Counted from the first letter of the stretch, positions 34,297 to 48,378 are shown. The stretch: DNA of 64,000 nt from an uncultured bacterium (GCA_963829245.1 CAWHIM010000037.1:60427-124426); one strand, 5' to 3'. The notes: generated from the letters alone by a model not told the origin. Translations and numbers: made by a program.

Positions 34297-36493
34297 GTGG
34301 GAAACGTGTACGAAATTGAAGTATCCGGACGGAACCTGTCCATCGAATCGGGCCGTTGGGCCCGTCAGGCCGGCGGCGCGGCGGTCGTCCGCTACGGGGA
34401 ATCGGTCGTGCTGGTCACCGCCTGCCTCTCCGAGAACCCCCGCCCGGGCATCGACTTCCTCCCGCTGGTCGTCGACTACGTGGAGAAGACCTCCGCGGTC
34501 GGAAAGATCCCCGGCGGCTTCTTCAAGCGCGAGGGGAGGCTCTCCGAGTTCGAGATCCTCACCTCCCGGATGATCGACCGGCCCATCCGTCCCCTCTTCC
34601 CGAAAGGGTTCTACAACGAGATCCAGATCGTCGCCACCGTTCTCTCCGCGGACAAGGAAAACGACACCGGGATCCTGGCCATGATCGGCGCCTCGGCCGC
34701 GCTCTCGATCTCCGAGATCCCCTTCACCGGGCCGATCGCCGGGGCGCGGGTCGGCCGCATCGACGGGAAGCTGGTGGTCAACCCCGTCCTTCCCGACTTC
34801 GAGCGGAGCGACCTGAACATCTTCGTCGCCGGAAGCCGCGACGCGATCCTGATGGTCGAGGGAGAGTCGAACGAGGTGTCCGAGGAGGAGGTGCTCGACG
34901 CGATCCTCTTCGCGCACCGGTCGCTGGTGCCGATCCTCGATCTCCAGGAGCGGATGGCGCGGGAGATCGGCAAGGAGAAGCGCGTCTTCGAGAAGAAGGC
35001 CCTCTCGGAGGAAGACCTGCGGAAGATCGCGTCGATCGCCGAGGCTCCTTTCGCGGAGGCGTACGCCATCCGAGACGAAGCAGGACCGGCGCAAGCGGAT
35101 CGAGGAGATCGGCGAGTCGGTTCGCGCCGCCTTCACCGACGAGGAGCGCGCGGAAAAGGGGGCGCTGATCTCCGACGCCCTGAAAAACCTGGAAAAGAAG
35201 TACGTCCGCGGGACGATCCTCCGGGAGAGGAAGCGGATCGACGGCCGCGGGCTGACGGACGTCCGCGCCATCTCCTGCGAGGTGGGGGTGCTCCCCCGCA
35301 CGCACGGCTCCGCCGTCTTCACCCGGGGCGAGACGCAGGCCCTGGTCATGGCCACCCTCGGGACGTCGCAGGACGAGCAGCGGATCGACTCGATCATGGG
35401 GGACACCACCAAGTCGTTCATGCTTCATTACAACTTCCCGCCCTTCAGCGTCGGCGAGGTCAAGATGCTGCGCGGTCCCGGCCGCCGCGAGGTCGGGCAC
35501 GGGGCGCTCGCCGAGCGCGCCGTGTCGAAGGTGCTGCCGAAGAACGTCGACTTTCCCTACACGGTGCGCGTCGTTTCCGAGGTCCTCGAGTCCAACGGGT
35601 CCTCCTCCATGGCCACGGTGTGCGGGGCGTCCCTCGCGATGATGGACGCCGGGGTCCCGACCTCCGGAGCCGTTTCCGGCATCGCGATGGGGCTCATCAA
35701 GGAGGGGAACGACGTCGCGGTCCTCTCCGACATCCTCGGGGACGAGGATCACCTGGGCGACATGGACTTCAAGGTGGCGGGAACGAAGAACGGGGTGACC
35801 GCCATCCAGATGGACATAAAGATCGGCGGCGTCAGCCGCGAAATCATGCTCTCCGCCCTCCAGCAGGCCCGCGAGGGTCGGCTCCATATCCTGGAGAAGA
35901 TGAACGCCGTGATCGACACGCACCGCGCCGATCTCTCCCCGTACGCTCCGCGGATCTACGTGATGATGGTGAAGACCGACAAGATCCGGGAGATCATCGG
36001 CCCGGGAGGAAAGGTCATCCGCGGGATCCAGGAGCAGACGGGCGTGAAGATCGACATCGACGACGACGGCACCGTGAAGATCGCCGCGGTGAACGCCGAC
36101 TCGGCGCGGGCGGCCATCTCCATCATCGAGGGGATCACGCAGAGCGCCGAGGTGGGAAAGGTCTACGAGGGAAGGGTACGCAAGATCATGGATTTCGGCG
36201 CCTTCGTGGAACTCTTCCCGGGCACCGACGGCCTGCTCCACGTTTCCCAGATCTCGAAGCACCGCGTCAACGTCGCCGACTGCTTCAAGGAGGGGGACGA
36301 CGTCACCGTCCGCGTCCTCGAGGTGGACCGGGACGGGAAGATCCGTCTCTCCCACAAGGAGTTCGAGGAGGAGGGGAGGTTCCCCGAGGCCACGGGCCCG
36401 CCGCCGGGACAGGACCGGGACAGGGAGAAGGGCGACCCCGGCCGGGATCGCGGGCGGGACGGCGGCCGCGGCGGGGGAAGGGGACGCCGTTAG
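34297..36493 (+). CDS. pnp: Polyribonucleotide nucleotidyltransferase (frameshift ~35072)
   Basis: [60 protein letters not shown] and S1 domains. Confidence 0.97.
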
Positions 36494-36518
36494 TGCGGCG
36501 TTTCGGAACGCCGCGCTA
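36491..36518 (+). other. Stem-loop at the pnp stop codon (no U-tract)
   Basis: TAGTGCGGCGTT-TCGG-AACGCCGCGCTA inverted repeat. Confidence 0.5.
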
Positions 36519-36533
36519 GCGCGGCCGACGTCG

Positions 36534-37779
36534 ATGACGGTCGCCCGTACCCTCCTCGACAACGGCGTCGCCATCGTCACCGAACAGGTCCCCTGGCTGC
36601 GGTCCGCCACCGTGGGGATCTGGGTGCCGGTGGGCTCGCGCGCGGAAACGCCGGCCGAAAGCGGCGTCGCGCATTTCATCGAGCACATGCTGTTCAAGGG
36701 GACGCCTCGCCGGAGGGCCGTGGACATCTCGCGGGCCATCGAATCGGTGGGCGGCACGATGAACGCCTGCACCTCCAGGGAGTACACGTACTTCTTCGCC
36801 AAGTCGATGGAGAAGGATTTCCCCCTTCTCGTGGACCTGCTCACCGACATCTATCGGAACTCCCTCTTCGACGAAGCGGAACTGGATCGCGAGAGGGGCG
36901 TCATCCTCCAGGAGATCCTCATGGTGGACGACACGCCCGAGGAGTATCTCCACGATTATTTCAACGCGGCGTACTGGGGGGGGCACCCGCTGGGGTTTCC
37001 CGTGCAGGGGTCCGCGGAGAGCGTGGGGCGGTTCGACCGGGCCCTCCTTACGGGGTATTTCGACGACCGGTTCCGGCGGGCGGGGATCGTGGTGACGGCG
37101 GTGGGAAACCTCCGGCACGCCGTCGTGGCGGAGGCGTTCGAACGCGCTCTCTCCTCGCTCCCGCTCGGGGAGCCGCTGGTTCCCGTTCCTCCCACGGCGC
37201 CGGTGCGGGGGACGTTCCTCAAGCGGAGGCCCCTCGAGCAGGTGCACCTGTGCCTCGGCGCCCCCGGCGTTTCGCGGCGGAGCGAGCGGATCTACGCGAT
37301 GGACGTGCTGAACGCGATCCTCGGGGGCAGTTCCAGCAGCCGCCTCTTCCAGCAGGTCCGCGAGGAGCGCGGGCTGGCGTACTCCGTCGGGTCCTCCCTG
37401 TCCGCCTACGCGGACGCCGGGGTCGTCGACATCTACGCCGGCACGGGGCGGGATACCGCCGCCGAGGTGCTCTCCGTCGCGGGCGACGTGGTGGACGCTC
37501 TCCAGCGGGGCGGGGTCACCGACGACGAGGTCGTCGTTCGGCAAGGAGCTCATCAAGGGGAATACCCTTCTTTCGCTGGAAAGCACGGGATACCGGATGT
37601 CGTGCCTTGCGATGAACGAGATGTTCCTCTCCCGCCTGGAACCCCCGGAGGCGATCCTCGACCGCGTGGACGCGGTGACCCCGGAGGAAGTGCGCGCGCT
37701 CGCGGCGGAGGTGCTCGGCAGGGACCGGTTCACGCTGGCGGCCGTCGGGGACCTGCCCGACGCCGGGCTTTCTTTTTAG
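36534..37779 (+). CDS. M16 family zinc peptidase (frameshift ~37535)
   Basis: GVAHFIEHMLFKGT, NACTSRE, SSRLFQ.VREERGLAYSV; usual neighbour of pnp. Confidence 0.92.
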
Positions 37780-37783
37780 CGCG

Positions 37784-38233
37784 ATGGGCGCGGAATGCGC
37801 GATCCGGGTGCGGCTGCTGCGCGGTGGGGACGATTCGCTCCCCGTGTACCAGACGGCCGGGTCGGCCGGGATGGACTTGAAAGCCGACGTCGACGGCGAG
37901 ATCGTCATCCCGCCGATGGGGAGGGCGATGATCCCGACGGGGATCGCCCTGTCGATGCCGCCGGGGGTCGAGGGGCAGGTGCGGCCGCGCAGCGGGCTGG
38001 CGATCCGCCACGGCGTGACGTGCCTCAACGCGCCGGGGACGATCGACTCCGACTACCGCGGCGAGGTGTGCGTGATCCTCGCGAACTTCGGGGAGGAACC
38101 GTTCCCCGTCCGGCGCGGGGACCGGGTCGCGCAGATCGTCTTTTCCCGGACGCTGCGGGCGCGCCTCGAGGTCGTGCCGGAACTCGAGGGGACCCCGCGG
38201 GGGGAAGGCGGCTTCGGGCACACGGGGAGATAA
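37784..38233 (+). CDS. dut: dUTP diphosphatase
   Basis: SAGMDL, RPRSGLA, NAPGTIDSDYRGE, GDRVAQ, RGEGGFGHTG. Confidence 0.96.
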   Translation: MGAECAIRVRLLRGGDDSLPVYQTAGSAGMDLKADVDGEIVIPPMGRAMIPTGIALSMPPGVEGQVRPRSGLAIRHGVTCLNAPGTIDSDYRGEVCVILANFGEEPFPVRRGDRVAQIVFSRTLRARLEVVPELEGTPRGEGGFGHTGR

Positions 38234-38279
38234 GCGCTCCGGTTCGCCGGAGATGCGCAAGCACCAGGGGGTGACGACG

Positions 38280-39591
38280 GTGATCGAACGGTACACGCGG
38301 CCGGAGATGGCGGCCATCTGGCACGACGAGAACCGGTTCCGGATCTGGCTCGACATCGAGATCCTCGCCATGGAGGCGATGGTCCGCCAGGGGTGGATCC
38401 CCGCGGACGCCCTCGCGCGGGTCCGCAAAAAGGCGTCCTTCGACGTCGCGCGGATCAACGAGATCGAGAAAAAGGTCAAGCACGACGTCATCGCCTTCCT
38501 GACCTCCGTGGCCGAGCATATCGGCGACGACTCCCGCTTCCTCCACGTGGGGATGACGAGCTCCGACGTTCTGGACACCGCCTTCGCCGTCCAGATGCGG
38601 CAGGCCCTTGGGCTCCTGATCCGCGAGGCGGAAGCGGTCTTCGATGTCCTGAAGGCCCGCGCCCTCGAGCATCGGGGCACCGTGATGATCGGCCGGACGC
38701 ACGGCATCCACGCCGAGCCGGTGACGTTCGGGTGGAAGATGGCGCTGTGGGCCGACGAGGTGCGCCGCGACATCGCCCGCCTCGTCCGCGCGCGGGACGT
38801 GATCTCGGTCGGGAAGATCTCCGGGGCGGTGGGAACCTTCGCCAACATCGATCCCTCCGTGGAAGAGTACGTCTGCCGGAAGCTCCGGCTCTCGCCCGCC
38901 CCCGCATCCACCCAGGTGATCCAGCGGGACCGGCACGCCGAGGTGTTCGCGACGCTCGCCATCGTCGCCTCCTCCCTCGACAAGTTCTGCACGGAGATCC
39001 GCCACCTGCAGCGGACCGAGGTCCTCGAGGTGGAAGAGTTCTTCTCCGCGGGCCAGAAAGGGTCCTCCGCCATGCCGCACAAGCGGAATCCCGTCCTCTC
39101 CGAAAACCTCTCCGGCATCTCGCGGCTGCTGCGCGGCTACTCCGTCACGGCGATGGAGAACATGGCGCTCTGGCACGAGCGGGACATCAGCCACTCCTCC
39201 GCGGAGCGGGTGATCGCCCCCGACGCCACCATCCTCCTGCACTTCGCCCTCGGACGATTCCGTGGGATGATGGAGAAGCTCCTCGTCTATCCCGACCGGA
39301 TGCGGAAAAACCTCGAGAGCACCCACGGGCTGCTGTACTCGCAGCGCGTGCTCCTCGCCCTGGCCGCGAAGGGGTTGTCGAGGGAAATGGCGTACGAGGT
39401 GGTCCAGCGCTCCGCGATGAAGTCGTGGAAGAACGGACGGCCGCTCGCGGCGCTTCTCTGGAAGGACAAGGACGTGCGCGTCCGCGCTGTCGAAAAAGGA
39501 GTTCGACGCGCTGTTCGACATCGACTACTACCTGAAGAACATCGACGGGATCATCGACCGGGTGTTCGCTCGAAAGGGAGGGAAGGCGTGA
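38280..39591 (+). CDS. purB: Adenylosuccinate lyase (frameshift ~39480)
   Basis: IERY.RPEM, HDVIAF, GRTHGIHAEP, GQKGSSAMPHKRNP. Confidence 0.96.
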
Positions 39592-39830
39592 AGGCGAAAA
39601 TCTACGTCACGCTGAAGCGGGGGGTCCTCGACCCGCAGGGGAAAGCGATCCGCGCGTCGCTCTCCCACCTCGGCATCGACGGGGTGGAAGATGTGCGTGT
39701 CGGAAAGTTCATGGAGATCACGCTGAAGGAGATCGGGGTCGAGGAAGCGCGTCGCCGCCTCGACGAGGCGTGCCGCCGCCTCCTGGCGAACACGGTGATC
39801 GAAGAGTACCGGATCGAGATCGGGGGGTAG
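39588..39830 (+). CDS. purS: FGAM synthase subunit PurS
   Basis: VTLK.GVLDPQGKAI, VRVGK, LLAN.VIE.Y. Confidence 0.94.
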   Translation: MKAKIYVTLKRGVLDPQGKAIRASLSHLGIDGVEDVRVGKFMEITLKEIGVEEARRRLDEACRRLLANTVIEEYRIEIGG

Positions 39831-39840
39831 GGGAAACGCG

Positions 39841-40543
39841 ATGAAGACCGCCGTCCTCGTGTTCCCCGGCTCCAACTGCGACCACGACGCCTACCACGCC
39901 CTGCAAGCACGTGGTCGGGGTGGACGCGGAGTTCGTCTGGCACAAGCGATCCTCCCTCGACGGCTTCGACGCCGTCGTCATCCCCGGGGGCTTCACCTAC
40001 GGCGACTACCTGCGCTCGGGGGCGATGGCGAAGCTCTCTCCCGTGATGGATGCGGTGCGCCGGTTCGCGGAAGGCGGGGGGCCGGTCATCGGGATCTGCA
40101 ACGGCTTCCAGATCCTGCTCGAGGCGGGCCTTCTCCCGGGGGCGATGATCGTGAACGACTCCCTCCGGTTCGTCTGCGACTACGTCCACCTGCGCGCCGG
40201 CACGGATCGCACGCCGTTCACGCGGGGGATCCCCGAGGGGACGGTCCTCAAGATCCCCGTGGCTCATTACCAGGGGAACTACTACGCGGACGAGCGGACC
40301 TTGTCCCCCCTCGAGGAGCGGGGCCAGGTGGTCTTCCGCTACTGCGACCCGGAAGGGGAGGTGACGAGGGAATCCAACCCGAACGGCTCCGCGCGGAACA
40401 TCGCCGGGATCTGCAGCGAGGCGGGGAACGTCCTCGGCATGATGCCCCACCCGGAACGGTGCTCGGAAGAGGCGATGGGCAGCGCCGACGGACGCCGCCT
40501 GTTCGACGCGATGGTCGCCTGGCTCGGGGAGAGGACGGCATGA
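39841..40543 (+). CDS. purQ: FGAM synthase glutaminase subunit PurQ (frameshift ~39904)
   Basis: VFPGSNCD, PGGFTYGDYLR, GICNGFQIL, NPNGS, GMMPHPER. Confidence 0.95.
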
Positions 40544-42772
40544 AGGAGAAAACGGTCACCCCGGAACTGGCGCGGGAGCACGGTCTCTCCGCCCGCGGAA
40601 TACGGGACGGTCCTCGGGATCCTCGGGCGCACCCCGAGCCTCACCGAGCTCGGGATCTTCTCCGTCATGTGGAGCGAACACTGCTCCTACAAGAGTTCGC
40701 GGATCCACCTGAAGAAATTCCCGACGAAGGGTCCCCGCGTCCTGCAGGGGCCCGGGGAAAACGCCGGGATCGTCGACATCGGCGACGGGCTCGCGGTCGT
40801 CTTCAAGATGGAGAGCCACAACCACCCGTCCTTCATCGAGCCGTACCAGGGGGCCGCGACGGGCGTGGGGGGCATCCTGCGGGACGTCTTCACCATGGGG
40901 GCCCGCCCCATCGCGTCGCTGAACTCCCTCCGCTTCGGCCGTCCCGACCACCCGCGGACGCGGTACCTGGTTTCCGGCGTGGTGTCGGGGATCGCGGGGT
41001 ACGGCAACTGCATCGGCGTCCCGACCGTCGGCGGGGAGGTCTCCTTCGACGAGTGCTACGACGGGAACATCCTCGTGAACGCCTTCACCCTCGGCGTGGT
41101 GCGACACGAGCGGATCTGGCTCGGCACCGCCGCGGGCGTGGGGAACCCGGTCATCTACGTCGGGTCGAAGACCGGGCGCGACGGCATCCACGGGGCGACG
41201 ATGGCTTCCGGCGAGTTCGACGAGAAGTCCGAGGAGAAGCGGCCGACCGTCCAGGTGGGGGATCCGTTCACGGAGAAGCTCCTCCTGGAGGCGTGCCTCG
41301 AGCTCATGCGCTCCGACGCGATCGTCGGGATCCAGGACATGGGCGCCGCGGGCCTCACCTCCTCCTCGTTCGAGATGGCTTCCCGGGGAGGGACCGGGTT
41401 CCTGATGGACCTCGACCGGGTGCCGCAGCGCGAGGAGGGGATGACCCCCTACGAGCTGATGCTCTCGGAGTCCCAGGAGCGGATGCTCATCGTGGCGAAG
41501 AAGGGACGGGAGGACGAGGTCCGGGAGATCTTCGAGAAGTGGGACCTCGACGTCTCGGTGATCGGAGAGGTCACGGGGGACGGGATCGGCCGGGTGCGGT
41601 GGCGCGGGAAGACGGTCGCGGAGATCCCGATCGCCGCGCTGACCGACAAGGCGCCCGTCTACGACCGGCCGGCGGTGCGGCCGGAGGGGCAGGACGCCCT
41701 CCAGAGACTCGATCCCGCGGGGCTCCCGGCGCCGTCGGACCTCGGGGAGACGTGGGTGCGCCTGATGGGCGGCCCCGAGCTGGCCGACAAGAAGTGGGTC
41801 TACCGCCAGTACGACCATATGATCCGGACGAACACCCTGATCCTCCCGGGGTCGGACGCGGCCGTGCTGCGGGTCAAGGGGACGCGGAAGGGGATCGCCC
41901 TGTCGGTCGACTGCAACAGCCGGTACTGCTACCTGGATCCGTTCGTCGGCGGGATGATCGCCGTGTGCGAGGGGGCTCGCAACGTCGCCTGCTCCGGCGC
42001 GGAGCCGATCGGGCTCTCGGACTGCCTGAACTTCGGCAACCCCGAAAAGCCGGAGGTCATGTGGCAGTTCCGCTCCGCGATCGAGGGGATGGCGAAGGCG
42101 TGCGAGGCCCTCGGCGTCCCGGTGGTATCCGGAAACGTCTCCTTCTACAACGAAACGATGGGAAAGGGGATCCACCCCACCCCCGCGGTGGCGATGGTCG
42201 GACTGCTCGAGGACGCGTCGATTCGGCGGGTCCAATGGTTTTCCACCGATGGGGACCTCATCCTCCTGGCGGGGGCGGATCGGCTCGGCGTTCACCTGGG
42301 CGGTTCCCTTTACCTCAAGGAGGTCCACGGGAAGGTGGCCGGAACCCCGCCGCCGGTCGACCTCGCCCACGAGAAGCGGCTCCAGGAGTTCCTGCGGGAG
42401 GCCGCCTCGGCCGACCTCGTCGCCTCGGCGCACGACCTCGCGGAGGGAGGCTTCGCCTGCGCCCTCGCGGAGTCGTGCATATCGGGCCCGGGAAGCGCGA
42501 TGGGCGCGCGGGTCGTAAACCCGTTCCCGGAGGCGACCCGGCCGGATTTCGCCATGTTCTCGGAGTGCCAGGGGGCCGTCCTGCTCTCCTGCGCGCCGGC
42601 GAAACGGGACACCCTCCTCGATCTCGCCCGCCGCTTCCGTATTACAATGAAGGAACTGGGCGTCGTCGGCGGGGAGCACGTCGACATCGAAGGCTTGGCG
42701 AGGGTAGGGGCCGCGGAGCTCCGGACGGCGTGGAGCGAGGGGTTCGCGGCGGCCTTGGGCCTGGAAGGATAG
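40540..42772 (+). CDS. purL: FGAM synthase subunit PurL (frameshift ~40592)
   Basis: [45 protein letters not shown]. Confidence 0.96.
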
Positions 42773-42782
42773 GGGATCGGGA

Positions 42783-44201
<1,419 letters not shown>

Positions 44202-44238
44202 CGGACCGCCGAAGCCGCGATACCACCCGGGGGAAACG

Positions 44239-44835
44239 ATGCCCAGCGCGACCGATCGATCCGCCGTGTTCCCGCCGGAGATGACCGCCGACCGGCGGCG
44301 TTTCCTGGCCCTCCTGAGGGAGAAAAGCTACGAACGCCGCAAGGTCGTCCTTTCCTCGGGACGGGAATCCGACTTCTACATCGACTGCAGGCAGAGCACG
44401 CTCGACGCGGAGGGGGCGGTCCTCACGGGGCGGCTTTTCTGCGCGATGCTCGAGCGGGGGGAGCGCCCGGAGGCGGTGGGGGGGATCACCCTCGGGGCGG
44501 ATCCGATCGTGACCGCCGTCTCCCTCACCAGCGCCCTTCGGGGATGGCCGGTGCCCGCGTTCATCATCCGCAAGGAGCCGAAGAAGCACGGGACGGAGCA
44601 GTGGATCGAGGGGACGAAGAATCTTCGTCCCGGGATGCGCGTGGCGATCCTGGAGGACGTGGTGACCACCGGCGCTTCGACGATGCGGGCGATCGAGCGC
44701 GCCGTCGGGGCGGGACTGGTCGTGGCCCGGGTCCTTTGCCTCGTCGACCGGAACGAGGGCGGTTCGGAGGCGGTGGCGGCGGCCGGGTACCGCGTCGAGC
44801 CGATGTTCCTTCGGGAGGACGTGGAACATGGCTGA
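44239..44835 (+). CDS. pyrE: Orotate phosphoribosyltransferase
   Basis: LSSGRESDFYID, LGADPI, RKEPKKHG, LEDVVTTG; alternative start at 44281. Confidence 0.93.
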   Translation: MPSATDRSAVFPPEMTADRRRFLALLREKSYERRKVVLSSGRESDFYIDCRQSTLDAEGAVLTGRLFCAMLERGERPEAVGGITLGADPIVTAVSLTSALRGWPVPAFIIRKEPKKHGTEQWIEGTKNLRPGMRVAILEDVVTTGASTMRAIERAVGAGLVVARVLCLVDRNEGGSEAVAAAGYRVEPMFLREDVEHG

Positions 44836-45458
44836 CACACGCGCGGCGCGCGTCATTGGCGGCGGCGCTCCTGGCCCTCGCGGCGGTCGCGTCCGGCTGC
44901 GGTCCGCGGTCGGTCGCCCTCTACGAGAAGGTGATGGGTTCCCCCTCCTATGAACGGGTCACGGAGTCCGCGACCCGCACCCGCGAGGTCCACGACGGGC
45001 TGGACACCCGATTCATCCTGTCCGCCACCTGGCTCTCGGGAACGTGGGTCTCGGCCTTCGCGGAAGAGTATTCGAATATCTACTACCTCGACGCGGAGCG
45101 GCGGGAGCGGGTGATCTCCCAATGGCGCGGGGAATCGGAGAAGTACGTTCGCTTCTTCGTCGCCCTCTACGTCCCGGAGGAGAAGGGGAACGACCTGGAG
45201 AAACCCGGGACGCTCTGGAGCCTGCGGCTGGTGCGGGCGGACGAGAAGGACTTCGAGCCCGTCTACATCCGCAAGTCGTCCCTGCGCCCGGAGGAGATCT
45301 CCCGCTTCTTCCCCTACTCGGGGACGTGGTACCGGGCGTACGAGGTGGCGTTTCCGCGGGAGGCGGGTGAGCCGGCGGGGTCGCCGCGGGCCGGGTCGCC
45401 GCGCCTGAAGCTGGTCCTGTCGGGCGTGGAGGGGCGCGCCGTCCTCGCCTGGCAGTAA
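44828..45458 (+). CDS. Hypothetical lipoprotein (probable frameshift near start)
   Basis: Signal peptide ending ASGC, coding-like composition, GGAGG RBS; no family recognised. Confidence 0.7.
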
Positions 45459-45475
45459 GGGCCCCGGGGACCCGC

Positions 45476-47084
45476 CTAGAACCGGGTGCGGCGGACCAGC
45501 GTGTCCTTGCGCCCGTGCTCGTCGTCCAGGTACGGGTAGTCGATCGTCGTGTGGAGCCCCCGGCTCTCCTTGCGCTGCATGGCGCACCGGACGATCAGCT
45601 CCGCCACCGTGCAGATGTTGCGCAGCTCGAGCAGGTCGCCCGTCACCTTGAAGTTCCAGTAATACTCCGAGATCTCCCGCTTCAGCAGCTCGATCCGGTC
45701 GAGCGCGCGCGACAGCCGCTTGTTCGACCGGACGATCCCCACGTAGTTCCACATCGTCCGGCGGATCTCCTCCCAGTTGTGGGAGACGACGACCCCCTCG
45801 TCCGGTTCCTGCGCCTTGCCCGGGTCCCACTTCGGGATGTCGATCCGGGGCCTCGGTTTTCCGATGTACGCGGTCGAGGCGCGCTGGACGGCGCTGTGCG
45901 AAAAGACCAGCGCCTCGATCAGGGAGTTCGAGGCGAGGCGGTTCGCGCCGTGGAGCCCCGTGCCCGCGCACTCCCCCAGGGCGAAGAGCCGCTGGATGTC
46001 CGTCTCCCCGTGGAGGTTCGTCCGCACGCCGCCGCACTGGTAGTGCGCCGCCGGGACCACCGGGATCGGCTCCTTCGTCATGTCGATGCCGAACGAGAGG
46101 CACGTCTCGTGGATGTTCGGGAAGTGCTTCCTGATGAACGCCGGACCCTTGGACCGGATGTCGAGATAGACGCAATCCTCCCCGGTGCGCTTCATCTCCG
46201 CGTCGATCGCCCGCGCGACGATGTCCCTCGGGGCAAGCTCCCTCATCGGGTGGGCGCCCTCCATGAACCGCTTCCCGGCGCGGTTCAGGAGGACCGCCCC
46301 CTCGCCGCGGACCGCCTCGGAGATGAGGAACGACTTGGCGAGCGGGTGGTAGAGGCAGGTGGGGTGGAACTGGACGAATTCCATGTTGGCGATCGTCGCC
46401 CCCGCGCGGTACGCCAGCGCGACTCCGTCCCCCGTGGCGACGTCGGGGTTGCTCGTGTACAGGTACACCTTTCCCGAGCCCGCCGGTGGCGAGGACCGTC
46501 ACGTCCGCCACGAAGGTGTGGATCTCGCCGGTCATCCTGTCCAGCACGTAGGCGCCGAGCACCTCGTCGACCCCCGGGTGGTCGAAGGAGGAGAGTTTCT
46601 GCCGCGTGATGAGGTTGATCGCCGTGTGGTTCTCGAAGATCCGGATCCGGGGGTTCTCCCGGGCGCGGACGAGGAGCGCCCGTTCCACCTCGCGTCCGGT
46701 CAGGTCCTTCGCGTGGAAGATCCTCCGGGCCGAGTGTCCCCCCTCGCGGTGGAGGTCGAACTCCTTCTTGCCGGTCTGCCGGGTGAACTCGACCCCCCAT
46801 TCGATCAGTTCGCGGATCCGCGCCGGGGCGTCCCGCACCACGAAGTCGACCGTGTCGGCGTGGCAAAGCCCCGCCCCCGCCTTGTGGGTATCCTCGATGT
46901 GGGACTCGAAGGTGTCCTCGTCGCTCCAGACGGTGGCGATCCCGCCCTGCGCGTAGTTGGTGCTCGACTCGGACGCCTCCTTCTTGGTGATGATGGTGAC
47001 CCGGCCCTTCTTCGCCGCCCGGAGCGCGAAACTCAATCCGGCGATTCCGCTGCCGATGACCAGGAACTTCGACACCTTTCCCAT
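45476..47084 (-). CDS. nadB: L-aspartate oxidase (frameshift ~46472)
   Basis: [67 protein letters not shown]. Confidence 0.95.
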
Positions 47085-47115
47085 GACGTTTCCCCCATCT
47101 GCGGGCCCACGTGGT

Positions 47116-47145
47116 TTGACTTCGGCGGGGTCCTGTCCGTAGAAT
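47116..47145 (+). promoter_or_regulatory. Sigma70 promoter for the transglycosylase-pgsA unit
   Basis: TTGACT-18-TAGAAT, 8 nt before ATG 47154. Confidence 0.65.
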
Positions 47146-47153
47146 GTTAGATT

Positions 47154-47741
47154 ATGGTTCAATTATCGCGCATTTTCATCCTTTCTTTCCTCCTCTGGCC
47201 GGTCGTTTCCGGCGCGGACATCTACCGGTACGTGGACGGGGACGGCGTCATCCACTACTCGAACACCCAGCCGGACGAGAAGTTCACGCTCTATCTTCGG
47301 GAGGGGCCGAAAGCCGCGCCCCGGGCGCCGGCGACCGTCGCTCCCCGGGGCAAGCTGGATGACCGGGTACGTCGACCGGTTCTCCCGGGCGAACGATCTC
47401 CCCCCGCGCTCGTCCACGCGATCATCAAGGCGGAATCGAACGGACAGCGCAAGGCCGTCTCCCCCAAGGGCGCCAAGGGTGTGATGCAGCTGATGCCGTT
47501 CACGTCGAAACGGCTGCAGGTCGCCGATCCGTTCGACCCCATCGAGAACATCGAGGGGGGGATCAAGTACATCAAGGAACTCCTCGTCGCCTTCGAGGGG
47601 AACCTCACCAACACGGTCGCGGCGTACAACGCCGGGCCGGCCGCGGTCAGGAAGTACGGCGGCGTCCCTCCCTACCAGGAGACCCGCCTCTACGTTCGCC
47701 GCGTGATGGACCTGTACCGGCAATACTCCGCAGTCGAATGA
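47154..47741 (+). CDS. SLT-family lytic transglycosylase with N-terminal DUF4124-like domain
   Basis: Signal peptide, ADIYRYVD.DG..HYSN, II.AES, AVS.KGA.G.MQLMP, AAYNAG, PPY.ET..YV. Confidence 0.88.
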   Translation: MVQLSRIFILSFLLWPVVSGADIYRYVDGDGVIHYSNTQPDEKFTLYLREGPKAAPRAPATVAPRGKLDDRVRRPVLPGERSPPALVHAIIKAESNGQRKAVSPKGAKGVMQLMPFTSKRLQVADPFDPIENIEGGIKYIKELLVAFEGNLTNTVAAYNAGPAAVRKYGGVPPYQETRLYVRRVMDLYRQYSAVE

Positions 47742-48312
47742 CCGGCGACTCCCGCCTGAACGCCCCCAACATCCTGACGCTGCTGCGGATCCTCGCGATC
47801 CCGGTGGTGGTCCTCATCCTTCTCCCGCCCGCGGGCAGGGAGATCTCCTTCGCGCGTTCGGTGGCGGCGTTCTCCCTGTTCGTCGTCGCCACGATCACCG
47901 ACCTCTTCGACGGCTACATCGCGCGGCGCTACCACATGGTCACCACCCTGGGGAAACTGCTCGACCCGCTGGCCGACAAGCTGCTCGTGTGCGCCGCGAT
48001 GATCATGCTCATCCCGCCGGGCCGGGTCCCGGCGTGGATGGCGGTCATCGTGGTCGCCCGGGAGATCGGCGTCACGGCGCTGCGCGGGGTGGCCTCCACG
48101 GAAGGGGTGATCATCGCCGCCTCGAAATTGGGGAAGGCGAAGACCCTGCTCCTGAATATCGGGGTCGGCGGCCCTCATCCTCCATTACCCGATCCTCGGG
48201 ATCCCGGTCCACGGCGTGGGGATGGTGTTCCTGAGCGCCGGGCTGGTCCTCACCGCGTGGTCCGGGCTCGACTACTTCTTCCGTTTCGTGGGGGAGATCT
48301 TCAAGCGTTACG
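47738..48312 (+). CDS. pgsA: CDP-diacylglycerol-glycerol-3-phosphate 3-phosphatidyltransferase (frameshift ~48165; stop approximate)
   Basis: PNILTLLRI, TDLFDGYIAR...VT.LGKLLDPLADK, ARE..V..LR, GKAKT. Confidence 0.92.
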
Positions 48313-48335
48313 GATGGAGGCCGCGGCGGCTTTTC

Positions 48336-48365
48336 TTGACAAGCCGCGCGCGGTTCGCCTACAAT
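48336..48365 (+). promoter_or_regulatory. Sigma70 promoter for tRNA-Gly
   Basis: TTGACA-18-TACAAT, 13 nt upstream of the tRNA. Confidence 0.75.
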
Positions 48366-48378
48366 CGACGTTCGTTAC

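Noticed and set aside
38253-39830. Apparent PurB-PurS fusion
   Set aside because: An insertion near 39480 shifts the frame; a normal GTGA stop/start overlap sits at 39588-39591.
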